Assembly (NCBI GenBank): GCA_963745075.1
Contig: CAVUWV010000021.1
Coordinates: 96,001-160,000 of the forward strand
DNA: 64,000 nucleotides
Direction: 5' to 3'
Origin: Candidatus Hydrogenedentota bacterium
GTDB taxonomy: Bacteria > Hydrogenedentota > Hydrogenedentia > Hydrogenedentales > SLHB01
Part shown: positions 50,818-61,485 of the stretch, piece by piece
Position numbering within the stretch: position 1 is the stretch's first letter
How the letters are laid out: each line of letters begins with the position of its first letter
Notes under the pieces: generated by a model
The model's database searches: none
Told to the model about the DNA's origin: nothing
The model's input: only the letters and a program-made list of their open reading frames with translations
Made by a program: the position numbers and the translations under genes

Positions 50818-50919
50818 TAGAATACCACTTGAGACAGGGTTTTGGCAAATTCCAGTGCTCAATTGTATGAAAAACAATAAATTATCTGCCGAAAACCCGG
50901 CAAGGCAAGGTACGGTGAT

Positions 50920-51735
50920 ATGACGCAGAATGCAAAGGACCCCGTCCGTTTGGGTACCTGTAGCTGGAGTACCCGCGACTGGGTAGGCTCGATCTACTCG
51001 GCCGATACGAAGGCCGCAGACTACATTGCCGAGTACGCGCGACGGTTCAACACCGTGGAAATCGATTCGACGTTTTACGGCACGCCGCGTCTGTCCACGG
51101 TCGAAGGTTGGCGAGACCGGACTCCGCCCGAATTCATCTTTTCCGCCAAAGCGCCACAGGGTATCACTCACGAGAAGTTTCTCGCGGGATGCGAACGCGA
51201 GCTGGCCGAATTCTTGCAGACGATGGACGTCCTCGATTCGCGCCTGGGTCCGATTGTCTTTCAGTTCCCGTATTTCGCAAGGAAACGCCAGGTAACCCAA
51301 GACGACTTCTTGGCCCGGCTTGCGCCTTTTCTGAGGAATCTACCCAAAGACGGCCATCGGTACGTTGTCGAGGTGCGAAACAAGGCTTGGCTGAACCGCC
51401 GGTTGACCGATCTCCTCGGCGAACAGGATGTGACGTTGGCGTTAATCGACCATCCCTGGATGCATCGGCCCGAGCAGCTCGCACGAATCGACGGAACGGC
51501 GGCAGGCGGTTTTGCGTACATTCGGTGGCTCGGGGATCGGTACGCGATCGAGAAGATTACGAAAACTTGGGGATCGCACGTATACGACCGGAAGGCGGAT
51601 CTCGAGAACTGGGTCCCCATCATTCGGAAGACGCTGGAAAACCGGACCCCCGTATTCGGCTACATCAACAGCCACTACTCCGGCTACGCACCGGGAGACG
51701 TGGAACTACTTACCGCGTTGCTCGGGTTGGGGTGA
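50920..51735 (+). CDS. DUF72 family protein
   Basis: LGTCSW, FNTVEIDSTFY, KAPQGITH, VEVRN, YIRWLG. Confidence 0.92.
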   Translation: MTQNAKDPVRLGTCSWSTRDWVGSIYSADTKAADYIAEYARRFNTVEIDSTFYGTPRLSTVEGWRDRTPPEFIFSAKAPQGITHEKFLAGCERELAEFLQTMDVLDSRLGPIVFQFPYFARKRQVTQDDFLARLAPFLRNLPKDGHRYVVEVRNKAWLNRRLTDLLGEQDVTLALIDHPWMHRPEQLARIDGTAAGGFAYIRWLGDRYAIEKITKTWGSHVYDRKADLENWVPIIRKTLENRTPVFGYINSHYSGYAPGDVELLTALLGLG

Positions 51736-53910
51736 CACGGTGTCCGCGTTGGGCCACGGCGGACCGTGCCCGGTGTCGGTGGCGACCTGCATTCGCCAAA
51801 GAAGCGCACAAGCCGGGAACTTGTCGCGGGTCTTCATCTCGAGTCCATACCCTTTGTCCCCGCCTTGTGAACCTTCGCGCTCTTTCTCGACCCGCTTTTC
51901 AAAATACAGCGAGAGGATATTGAGACCCGTCTTGGTCAACTCGGCCGGGACCTCCAGCGTGATTTCGGAGCGCGTGCCTTTCTCGAGATCCGCCGAGCCG
52001 ATGGGTTCGCCGTTGAACGAGAACCCCACGTACTGGTTCTCCTGCATTTCGTTGGGCAAGGACAGGGATAGCCCAATAAAGTACGCGTGCCCTTCCTGGC
52101 AGTACACAAACAACTCGGACTCCCGCTCTTCTGCCGGATAGGCGCCCTTCAACAAAGCCGCGAAACGGAAATTGCCCTGCCATCCCTTGCCCAGATATGG
52201 CCGCAACGCAATTCCCTGGACATCCAATTCGGCATTGGGAGGCACGCCGCTGGCAACGTCGTACTGTGCCGGGGATACGTCGTGTTTGAATGCAAACCAC
52301 AGATTCGCGGGATACGAGAAGGGGTTGCCGAATGCATCATGGAAGATCGTCGCCGATGACGACCAGATCTGCTGGAATGAAACCGGCTTGAGAAAATCGG
52401 TCCACCCCTGGCGATACTGGATGACCAGCGTCGCGTTGTAGATAGTGAGCAAAGCAATGACAGCGCTCACGGGTACCGCTGGCCGCCTGCGGCAAAAGGT
52501 GACGAACCACGCGCCGAACGCCGCAATCCCGGGCGCCATGAACGGCAGCACGCCCACGAAACGACGCATGCCAAACGAGCCTCCTCCATACCAGCTGGCG
52601 ATGGAAGCGTTCATGTAGACATATCCCGCCAACAGCGCCGCTATGCATAACGCGTCATAGCGACTGCGCCGCCAGAAGGGCACGACGCCGATGAACCCAA
52701 GAAGCAGGACGGGATGAAACGCAAAGAGGCCGTGATGGGCCGAAAACAGGACGTGAGAAATCGCGGGATTGCCCCATTGCATGGGCGATCCGGGCGGCGG
52801 GCTAAAGCCGTACCGGAACCACCACGTGGCGAGCTGCCATGCGAACACGACGAGTGCGCCCGCGACCGACAGACTCGCGCCCAACGCGACGCGGCCGACC
52901 TGCCGGCCACTCTTCACAAGAAACGCGACGTCCAGCAACGGCAACGCGATGAGCACCGCGTGGCTGGGTCGCACCAGCATGGCGAGACCAATCGCCGCGC
53001 CTAGTAAAACCCAATCGCGGACGCGCCGGCCGTCCCGATTGCGCACCCAAAGCCAGAACACCAGCGCCGCGGCAAAGAATGAACAGGCGTGAGACATCCA
53101 CGGCTGGTCGGTCAGATACCAGATCAGGGGCGAGGCCAGTCCGATGAGCAACGTCGCAAAGAATCCGGTCCGCGGCGTGAACCACCGGCGCAATGCCGCG
53201 TAGACCATGAGCAACCCGAGGAACACCGTGAAATGACTGCCGAACGCCGCGGCCAGAGCATACGGACTGGCGATTCCGTTCGTGGGCACGTCGAGGCCCA
53301 TCCCGGACAACACCAGCATCAATCCGTGCGCGGCGAGGTAAAACGGGAGCCAGACAACGGCCGCGCCGATGGGTGCGACGTTGTACTCGGGACGACTCGG
53401 ATGCGCTTCCGACATGAGATCCCAGACGCCCGGAATCGCTTTGAGTTCGTTCTCGAAGTTCAGGTCGTGATCGAACACCCAGGAATGAAGGTACGCGTAG
53501 TACTGCGGAGAGTCGTGTCCCGAAACGACACCCCAGTGGGTATATCCGCGCAGACTTATGACGAAGACGTTCAAACAAACGAGGAATACACAGAGAAACG
53601 CGAAACGCGCCCAGCGGTCCTTCCGCACCTCGGGCGACTCTTCATCATCGAGCAAGGGGCGGTACAAGGACGAATTCCGCAACCACGTGTATTGTACCGC
53701 GACGAAGGCGAGCAGAATGCTGTGAACCAGCACCGCGTCCATTCCCAGAAACCCGCCGAGCACGACGTTATAAAGCGACGCGGTAGTGACCGCCGCAAAC
53801 AAAAGCGCAAGGAAGAAGGCCTGCGCGCCGATCTGCAGCTTTACGATGAGCCCAAGCAGCGGAATGGTCTCGTCGGATGGATTTGTCGCGTTATCGTCTG
53901 CGTCGTGCAT
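51706..53910 (-). CDS. GT-C-like multi-pass membrane glycosyltransferase
   Basis: DSPQYYAYLHS, MSHA, LVRP, HGLF, WYGGGSFGMRRF motifs. Confidence 0.75.
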   Translation of the reverse strand: MHDADDNATNPSDETIPLLGLIVKLQIGAQAFFLALLFAAVTTASLYNVVLGGFLGMDAVLVHSILLAFVAVQYTWLRNSSLYRPLLDDEESPEVRKDRWARFAFLCVFLVCLNVFVISLRGYTHWGVVSGHDSPQYYAYLHSWVFDHDLNFENELKAIPGVWDLMSEAHPSRPEYNVAPIGAAVVWLPFYLAAHGLMLVLSGMGLDVPTNGIASPYALAAAFGSHFTVFLGLLMVYAALRRWFTPRTGFFATLLIGLASPLIWYLTDQPWMSHACSFFAAALVFWLWVRNRDGRRVRDWVLLGAAIGLAMLVRPSHAVLIALPLLDVAFLVKSGRQVGRVALGASLSVAGALVVFAWQLATWWFRYGFSPPPGSPMQWGNPAISHVLFSAHHGLFAFHPVLLLGFIGVVPFWRRSRYDALCIAALLAGYVYMNASIASWYGGGSFGMRRFVGVLPFMAPGIAAFGAWFVTFCRRRPAVPVSAVIALLTIYNATLVIQYRQGWTDFLKPVSFQQIWSSSATIFHDAFGNPFSYPANLWFAFKHDVSPAQYDVASGVPPNAELDVQGIALRPYLGKGWQGNFRFAALLKGAYPAEERESELFVYCQEGHAYFIGLSLSLPNEMQENQYVGFSFNGEPIGSADLEKGTRSEITLEVPAELTKTGLNILSLYFEKRVEKEREGSQGGDKGYGLEMKTRDKFPACALLWRMQVATDTGHGPPWPNADTVSPQPEQRGK

Positions 53911-54074
53911 GGCGCGTATCCTAACGATGGGTGCGGGGAAGCGCAAGGTGATGAACTGAAGTGGATTCTACTATGACCCAGCGCAGATGCGGGCAAAGCG
54001 AATCAGGTCCGCCACACCGATCGGACGGATCCGACCGATTGGTCCGATCCTTCCGGGTAATCTTCTCCACGCAT

Positions 54075-54311
54075 TTACAACCGCTTGTGGTTGCCGTCAC
54101 AGAAGGGGGAATTGCCGGTGTGTTTGCATACGCACATGGCGTAGCGGCGCTTCTCCGTGATCACGACTTCCACGGGCGAGAATTCGGTTCCTTTGTGGGA
54201 ACCATCGCACCAGGGTTGCGTCTTCGAGCGGCCGCATCGGCACCACCAGTACGAGCCGCAGTCGAGTTCAAGTACGGCGGGTTTACGGTCGGGGATCTCC
54301 GGTTCTGCCAT
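54075..54311 (-). CDS. Two-motif CDGSH iron-sulfur protein (MiNT-like)
   Basis: WCRCGRSKTQPWCDGSH and MCVCKHTGNSPFCDGNH. Confidence 0.92.
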   Translation of the reverse strand: MAEPEIPDRKPAVLELDCGSYWWCRCGRSKTQPWCDGSHKGTEFSPVEVVITEKRRYAMCVCKHTGNSPFCDGNHKRL

Positions 54312-54416
54312 TGAACAACTCCTTATAAGCGAATGGGGTGTCGGCGAAGGATTCATCATACCGATGCAGGCGTTGGTGAAGTCAAGAATTGCGCGGTCTG
54401 CCGGAGAACGCGATGG

Positions 54417-55136
54417 TCAGCGGTTGACCCGGTACCAGAAGAAATCCGCGATTTCCCGCTCGCGCAGGCAGGCGCGGATCAGCCAGGTGGGATGACGAAA
54501 CATGAACCAATCGCCGTGCGCATCGAACTTGCGCGCGCAAAACGTAACATGCGCCTTGCGAAGATTCATAAACTTCAACCCTTGCGTCTTGCCGTGTCGT
54601 TTGAGCTTTAACGCAAAATCGACGTCTTCCATCACGAGCTTGCCCTCGTCAAAGCCGCCGATTTCCCAAAAGGTCTCGGTTCTCATATAGAAAATGTAGA
54701 GCGAAACCCCCGTCAAGGGAACGAACGGCGCCAGGGCGAGAAAGGTCAACCTAATCCCGAGCGACTGGCGGTCGGTCCGCACGTTGGCCACGCCCCCGCC
54801 AATGTACAGGCCGGAGTCCAAACAATTCTTGATTTCAACCAGCATGGTATCCGACATGGTATTGTCGGCATCGGTGAAGATGAGGTACTTTCCGGTCGCG
54901 GCGGCCGCGCCGTGATTCTTAACCGTCGAAATGCAGCGTCGTTCCACATTGACGATCGTTGCGCCGCGGGCAGCGGCAATCTCCGCGGTACGGTCGGTGC
55001 TGTCATTGTTCGCGACGATGACTTCGACGGGTTCACCGGCCTTTTCGGCGGCCACGGCTATCGAGTCGAGACATCGCGCGATCAGCTTCTCCTCATTGTA
55101 TGCGGGAATGACGATACTGAATGTGGGTGCGCTCAC
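54417..55136 (-). CDS. Glycosyltransferase family 2
   Basis: SIVIPAYNEE, NNDSTDRT, FTDAD, GGFDE..EDVDF. Confidence 0.92.
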   Translation of the reverse strand: MSAPTFSIVIPAYNEEKLIARCLDSIAVAAEKAGEPVEVIVANNDSTDRTAEIAAARGATIVNVERRCISTVKNHGAAAATGKYLIFTDADNTMSDTMLVEIKNCLDSGLYIGGGVANVRTDRQSLGIRLTFLALAPFVPLTGVSLYIFYMRTETFWEIGGFDEGKLVMEDVDFALKLKRHGKTQGLKFMNLRKAHVTFCARKFDAHGDWFMFRHPTWLIRACLREREIADFFWYRVNR

Positions 55137-55339
55137 GGCTGTGTATTTGCTCCGGTCGATACGGTCGTTGGGCTACGTTCTCTCCTGCGCATTTCCGATC
55201 GCATCGCGAGTCCGGAACAAGGATAAAAACTATAGCGATCCTGTTTTGGTTACGTCGAAGCCTACTGGCTCGGCTCTCCGCTCCTCGGGGGCTGCTGAGG
55301 GACGCAACTCCGATACGCTACCACCTGGAAGTCCAAACG

Positions 55340-57217
55340 TTACGGCGTTTGCGCGTTGGAATCAATCGAATTCCATGCGGCCGTTCCCAGGTAGAATCCG
55401 TCTTGGTGGCGCCACCTGACAATTGGGGGATATTGTAATGATTTCGGCGACTTTCTGGTAATGAATATCCCCTCCCCCGAGGCCAGGGCTCCCAGACGCT
55501 GGGTCCCGAGGTCGAGATTCTTCGGGCTCACCTCCGGCCAGGCGCCCCCGGCAATTCGGCGGTGGGCAAAAAAACCCAGCATCAGCGCCGTGTCCCGGTC
55601 GTCGTCCACGTAGAGAATCTGGTCCGGCTTGGTCGAGGCGGCGATAAGCTGCCCCAGATCCTCCGCTTCCCGTACCCCCAGGTTCCCCAAGTCCTTTCTC
55701 GTTTCGTCCACGATGGAGAACCCGAGGCCCCCGACGCCGGAGGCCGCCAAAAGCCACCCGGATACGTTCAGCATGGGTCCGGGCGGAATTCCCTTGCTGT
55801 CGACACCGGCAATCACGATCGACGGACATACGACGGCCAGCGCCAACATGGCCAGGACGCGTCGCATGGGGGGCCTGCCTGCGAGAAAAGGCACAAAAAC
55901 GACCGCAATGAGGATGGACCAGAGTTCAAACGTGTGAATGAAGAACCGGGCGCCGTAGGAGAACAGCATGGGAATGAACGCGAGGATGACCGCGGCCAGC
56001 AGCCCATTGCGCTTTTCGGACCATTTGGTGAACCCCCAAGCGCGTATCATCAGGAGCACCATGACGACGTTGATGGCCTGCATCCAAAACAGCTTGAAGA
56101 AGAACCGCGCGACGGGACCGGCGTTCCGGAGGATTTCCGTGTCCACGGGATTGCTGAACCAGTCCCGATAGTGCCAGACGTGGGCGTACCAGGGCAGCAC
56201 CAGGGGCACGGCACAGGCCACCATGCCCAACCAAAACCGCAAATAATCGCGTTGCCAGAGGGAAAAAAGCAGAAGCCCTCCCACAAAGAAGGGCGGAACG
56301 CCCATATGGTCGTACAGACCAAGCACGACAAGCAATACCGACAGGATGAAACGCTTGGATAAAAAACACACCAGGAGCAGCAGCATCAGCACGTTCACCA
56401 GCGCGCTGGGGGTGCACATGAAACTGAAGGTCACAAGGGCGAGGTCGGTGCCCGCAATCAGCATGGCCAGGTAAGCCCGCCTGTCGTTGAACAGCCATCG
56501 GGCGAGGTACCACGTGCATAGCAGGGACAAGGGAAAAAGGGACGCCTGGAGAACCTGGAATCCCCGGAGCACGTCGCCGCTGAATGGCAACGAACACGCG
56601 ACGATGAGAAGGTGAAAGAGCGGCGGATACAGATGTGGACGCCCCTCCGGAGCGAAGCTCCAGGTATCCCAGAGCGGGATGTGCCCGGTCTCGATGATAG
56701 TGCGCGCGACGGAGAGGTGGTAATACGAATCCGGGGGAAAGGCGAGAAACCGGTTGCGGGAAACCCACAAGGCGATCCACACCACGCCTATCACCGCCAA
56801 GCTAACATAGTCGAGCCGTTCGAGCCGGAACGTAAGGGGGCGCTTCGGCCAAAGCGGTTCCGGTGCTTCGACCGGTTTACGGCGAAGATGTTTCCCCTGC
56901 CGCAGCACCACGAAGATGCAAACAAGCCAAGCCACACAAATCGCCACACGAGCGGGGGACAGAAACGTGGCCAGCCAAAGCAGCAGGGGAAGCCAGGCAA
57001 GACACAAAAGCCAGCCCGCGCAACGGGCGCTTGCCCGTCCAAAATCCGACCGGATGGGCCAACGCCACAGAGCTAAACCCCAGTCTCCCAAGAACAGCGT
57101 GACGATGCAGAGACCGGCGCGGCACCAGTCGTCGCCGGCCGCCCATCTTACACCATACTCCACGGCTTCAGTCAGGAGGACCGGAAGACGCGCGACGTAA
57201 AACAAGAGGGAGCGCAA
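55340..57217 (-). CDS. Multi-pass membrane protein, GT-C-like
   Basis: PDSYYHL, P.GRPHLYPPLFH (STT3/PMT-like N-terminal loop); start uncertain. Confidence 0.6.
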   Translation of the reverse strand: MRSLLFYVARLPVLLTEAVEYGVRWAAGDDWCRAGLCIVTLFLGDWGLALWRWPIRSDFGRASARCAGWLLCLAWLPLLLWLATFLSPARVAICVAWLVCIFVVLRQGKHLRRKPVEAPEPLWPKRPLTFRLERLDYVSLAVIGVVWIALWVSRNRFLAFPPDSYYHLSVARTIIETGHIPLWDTWSFAPEGRPHLYPPLFHLLIVACSLPFSGDVLRGFQVLQASLFPLSLLCTWYLARWLFNDRRAYLAMLIAGTDLALVTFSFMCTPSALVNVLMLLLLVCFLSKRFILSVLLVVLGLYDHMGVPPFFVGGLLLFSLWQRDYLRFWLGMVACAVPLVLPWYAHVWHYRDWFSNPVDTEILRNAGPVARFFFKLFWMQAINVVMVLLMIRAWGFTKWSEKRNGLLAAVILAFIPMLFSYGARFFIHTFELWSILIAVVFVPFLAGRPPMRRVLAMLALAVVCPSIVIAGVDSKGIPPGPMLNVSGWLLAASGVGGLGFSIVDETRKDLGNLGVREAEDLGQLIAASTKPDQILYVDDDRDTALMLGFFAHRRIAGGAWPEVSPKNLDLGTQRLGALASGEGIFITRKSPKSLQYPPIVRWRHQDGFYLGTAAWNSIDSNAQTP

Positions 57218-57270
57218 GGCTAGTTTCCTTACCGAATCGCTGGGCGAAGGCGCACGCCGTGGCCGTAACC

Positions 57271-59896
57271 TCAGCCGGTTGCCCCCAACGTCACATTCGC
57301 GGTGAGGAGTCCATTCTCCGGGGTACCCTCCACCACGTCAAAGACCTCAATATGAAGCATGCGCATGATGTCGTCGCGGGTGGCTTCGACCGCAGAAAGA
57401 ACCTCCGCGGGAGCCGAAACCACGAGTCGTTCGACGGGCGCTTTCATACTGAGATTGGCTTCGGCCTTGGCCTTGCGCACGGCCTCCACGACCGCCACCG
57501 CCGCATCGAAGGTCTGTGGAGCGGCAGGTCGCGGCACGGCCTCGAATTCGGCGGTCGACGGCCATCGGCTGCGGTGTACGGATTCGTGCATCCCCTCGTC
57601 GCCGTTGTAACACCAGTGCCAGACTTCCTCGCTCAGGTACGGCAGAAACGGCGCCAGCATCCGGACCATCGCGCGGTGTACGAGACGCAGCGCGGACGCG
57701 GCGGACAACCGGCCCTCGGTGAGTTCCTCGTCGTACGTGCGGGGTTTTGCGAGTTCGAGGAAGTTGTCGCAGAACGTGCGCCAGAAGAAATCCTCGATCA
57801 GCGAAAGCGCCTGGGCGTAGTCGAACTGCTCGAACGCCGCAGTCGCCCGCTCGATGGTGGGGCGCAGCTCCTGAATGACCGCGCGGTCGGTTTCGTTCAC
57901 GATCTTTTCCGGGCCCAGCAGCGCGGTATCGATCCCTTCAAAGCGGCCGATGGCGAACTTGCTGGCATTGAAAAGCTTCGTGCAGAGCCGTTTACCGACT
58001 TTGAAGACCTGCTCGTCATAGGCCGTATCCACCCCGAGCCGTGCGCGCGCCGCCCAATAGCGCACCGCGTCCGCGCCGAACTGGTCGATGAGCGGCTCGG
58101 GCGTGACGACGTTGCCCTGGCTTTTGGACATCTTCTTGCGGTCGGGATCGAGTATCCATCCGCTGATGACGACATTGCGCCAGGGAATTTCGTTCTCATG
58201 CAGATAGGCCTTCACGATCGTGTAGAAAGCCCATGTACGAATGATTTCGTGGCTTTGCGGACGGATGTCCATGGGAAAAAGTTTTCCGTGGCGTTCGCCA
58301 TCGAGTAACCAATGCGTGGCGATCTGCGGCGTCAGCGAACTCGTCGCCCAGGTATCGAACACGTCGGGGTCGCCGGTGAAGCCGTTCGGTTCGTCGCGCT
58401 GCTCCTGGGTATACCCCGGCGGCACGTCGTCCAACGGATCGATAGGCAGCGATGCCGCACTAGGCACGATTTGTTCGTCATGCAGAATCCGACCATCCAC
58501 GTCAATCTTGTACCACACCGGGATCGGCACGCCGAAGAAGCGTTGCCGGCTCATGCACCAATCCTGGTTCAACCCCTCGACCCAGTGCTCGTAACGAATG
58601 CCCATGTGCTTGGGATGCCACTGGATTTTGTGCCCCTGACCGACAAGCGCTTCCTTGTGATCGAGGATGCGCGTGAACCACTGGCGTGCCGGAATAAGTT
58701 CCAGGGGCCGATCACCCTTCTCAAAAAACTTCACGGCGTGGGTAATCGCTTCGCTCGGCCGGGCGATGACGCCGTCAGTCGCAGTGGCGATTTCGACAAT
58801 CCGCTTCTGCGCCTGTTTGACGTACATGCCCTGCAATTGCGCGTAGATTTCGTTGGCCGCGTCGGGGTTCACGCTGACGAATCGGTGATCCGTATCCGGC
58901 GCGCCAAACCGGACGGCAAGAAGATGCCCGTCACGATCCAGCACTTGACGAATCGGCAGGTTGTATTCGCGCACCCATTCCATATCCGTCTGGTCGCCGA
59001 AGGTACAGACCATCACGATCCCGGTTCCCTTTTCGGGATCCGCTTTGGGATCGGCCATGATCGGCACCGGCGCCTCAAACATCGGCGTGACCGCGTTCTT
59101 ACCCACGAGATGCTGGTACCGGTCGTCGTCGGGATGGACGAGCACCGCAACGCACGCCGGCAGCAATTCGGGCCGCGTCGTCGCGATGACAATCTTCTCG
59201 TCGCTCCCCTCAATGCCAAACCGCAGAAAATGAAAGGCACTGGGACGTTCCTTGTCCACGACTTCGGCCTGGGCGATGGCCGTGCGGAAATCCACGTCCC
59301 ACATGACGGGCCGCTCCGCTTGATAGACTTCGCCCTGCCGCAGCAATTCAAGGAAGCTCAATTGCGAAATCCGCCGGCAATGTTCGTCGATGGTGGCGTA
59401 TTCCTGGTCCCAGTCGTAGGACAGGCCGAGGCGGCTCCACAGATGCCGGAAGGCTTCTTCATCCTCGCGCGTGACTTCCTGGCACAGCTCGATGAAATTG
59501 CGGCGGCTGATGGGCAAAGGATCACCCTTGCGGGCGCGTTCGCCCTTGAATTCCGGGTCGTAATGCAGGTGAGGTTCGCACTTCACGTTGTAGAGGTTCT
59601 GAACGCGGCGCTCGGTCGGCAAGCCGTTATCGTCCCAACCGATGGGAAAGAAAATGTTCTTGCCGCACATGCGCTGGAAGCGAACAATGAAATCCTGGTG
59701 CGAGTAGCTGAAAAGATGACCGACGTGCAGCGACCCGCTCACCGTCGGCGGCGGGGTGTCCACCACAAACGTTTCGTCGCGACCCTTGGATGGATCCCAC
59801 GCATAGACGTTCTTTCTCTTGCCACTCGCTGCGCCACCGCTCTTCAAGACTCTCGGGCGCATACCTTTTCGGCAGTTCGGTATTCGGAACGCTCAT
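57271..59896 (-). CDS. valS: Valine--tRNA ligase; 1-nt frameshift near the 5' end (about 59813-59815)
   Basis: DTPPPTVSGSLHVGH, DWCMSRQR, KMSKS; N-terminus MSVPNTELPKRY lies in another frame and is restored by deleting one A. Confidence 0.93.
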
Positions 59897-60015
59897 CAAT
59901 CACTCCTGGAAAACACTCTACGGATCCGAGGCGGAACCGTAACCGCTGCAAGAAGTTGAAAGGCATAAGTATAACAGGACAACTCGCCGCGTTGCACCCT
60001 TCACGGCGCGAGAAA

Positions 60016-60663
60016 TCACCCGCCGAGAACAAAGATTAGTACGGCCTTGCGCAGAAACATCAGTGGGCCTGGAAGGATGGTGTTGGCCGCGACAATGGCG
60101 ATGAGAATACCAAATGGTCCGATGGACGCGAGTGCCTTCTGACCTTTCTCGGGAAGCAAATAATGCAGTACGTAGTGTCCGTCCAATGGTGGCACGGGGA
60201 TAACGTTAAACAGCATCAACAGCAGATTGATCATGATCAACGCCATGGGAATGCTGTACTGCGGAGCCGTCAGAAACTCGGACACCCCCATGGGCGGATT
60301 CACCATGATAATAATCTTCAGAGCGATGGCGCTCACAACGGCGAGAATCAAATTCGAGACCGGCCCGGCGATGGCAATGAGCATGGGGTCGCGACGGATG
60401 TTGTGAAGATTGACGGGGTTGAACGGGACCGGCTTGGCCCACCCGAACAGGTAGGGAATTCCGGTAAACATCATGAACAGGGGCAGCACGACGGTGCCGA
60501 TGGGGTCAATATGGGCCAAGGGGTTAAGGGATACCCGGCCCAATAGCCGGGCAGACGGATCGCCGCATCGGTCGGCGGTTATTGCATGGGCAGCTTCATG
60601 AACGCACAATGAAAACAAGAGCGCCATGTATTGAATCAGGAGTACGGAAATGTTTATATTCAA
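60016..60663 (-). CDS. Site-2 protease (peptidase M50)
   Basis: HEAAH, LNPLAHID, AGPVSN, FNVIPVPPLDG. Confidence 0.92.
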   Translation of the reverse strand: MNINISVLLIQYMALLFSLCVHEAAHAITADRCGDPSARLLGRVSLNPLAHIDPIGTVVLPLFMMFTGIPYLFGWAKPVPFNPVNLHNIRRDPMLIAIAGPVSNLILAVVSAIALKIIIMVNPPMGVSEFLTAPQYSIPMALIMINLLLMLFNVIPVPPLDGHYVLHYLLPEKGQKALASIGPFGILIAIVAANTILPGPLMFLRKAVLIFVLGG

Positions 60664-60830
60664 AGGACTTACCTCGCCATGAATGTGGCGCGATACCGCT
60701 GGAGGCCGGTGCGCGGTGAGTGAAATACCCGTACTACGGGCTTGTCATGTGCTAGCGTCGGCAGTATACGGCAACGCCGTATGGGGAGTCAAAATCCACG
60801 GCAGACGCTCCAGCCTACCTATCGAGGTGG

Positions 60831-60904
60831 TTGACAAGTCGGCTCAGATATTCTAAGCTGCCTTTAGAAATGGACTTGCAGAAATGGGGCCCATTCCGTA
60901 TAAT
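60831..60904 (+). promoter_or_regulatory. Tandem sigma70 promoters upstream of the HU gene
   Basis: TTGACA-17-TAAGCT (60831-60859) and TTGCAG-17-TATAAT (60876-60904). Confidence 0.65.
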
Positions 60905-60988
60905 GCATTTCGTCCTTAGTTCGGTGCAATGGGTGCACGCTTCCGCATGGGCGGGAGCAGGCCGTCAGTGGAAGGAGGGTCTGGCTCG

Positions 60989-61386
60989 GTGACAATGACA
61001 AAACGCGAACTGGTGATCCGGGTGGCCAACATGCTGGGAATGACCCAGAGCGACGTGGCCAAGATCATCGAAGGTACTTTCGACACCATTTCCCGCACGC
61101 TGGCCGAAGGGCAGCGCTGGGAACTGCGCGATTTCGGCGTGTTCGAAGTCAAGACCCGCGCCTCGCGCATCGGCAGAAACCCCCGCACGGGCGAGCAAGT
61201 TCCTGTGCCGGAACGACGTGTGGTGACATTCCGTCCAGGTAAAAAGATGAAGGAGCTTATTGCCGACACAAACCGGGTGAAGCACGCCAGACCGACACCG
61301 GTGCTCCATCCAGCCCGACGCCGCCACCGTCTGCGCCCGAACCGCCTTCATCCGGCGGTGAGTCCAGCGGTGGCATGTCGTTTTAA
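60989..61386 (+). CDS. HU/IHF family DNA-binding protein with Pro/Ser-rich tail (1-nt frameshift near 61270)
   Basis: MTKRELV, FGVFEV, GRNPRTGE, FRPGKKMKE; -1 frame tail GEARQTDTGAPSSPTPPPSAPEPPSSGGESSGGMSF* ends just before a terminator. Confidence 0.85.
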
Positions 61387-61403
61387 TCGTCCCTTCATTT
61401 CCG

Positions 61404-61440
61404 AGCAGCCGTCTCCCGAGAGGCGGCTGTTGTTAGTTCT
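61404..61440 (+). terminator. Intrinsic terminator after HU
   Basis: AGCAGCCGTCTC-CCGA-GAGGCGGCTGTT followed by a U-rich tail. Confidence 0.65.
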
Positions 61441-61485
61441 AGGTCCGGGTGTAAACACGTTCGACCCTTTGCCGTGTAGCGCAGA

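Noticed and set aside
54015..54052. CCGATCGG/TCCGA-rich imperfect palindrome
   Set aside because: Single short hairpin after the CDGSH gene; no further copies seen to support a REP family
57271..59896. valS as a pseudogene or programmed frameshift
   Set aside because: Essential gene, otherwise intact, no slippery heptamer; part of a pattern of homopolymer indels
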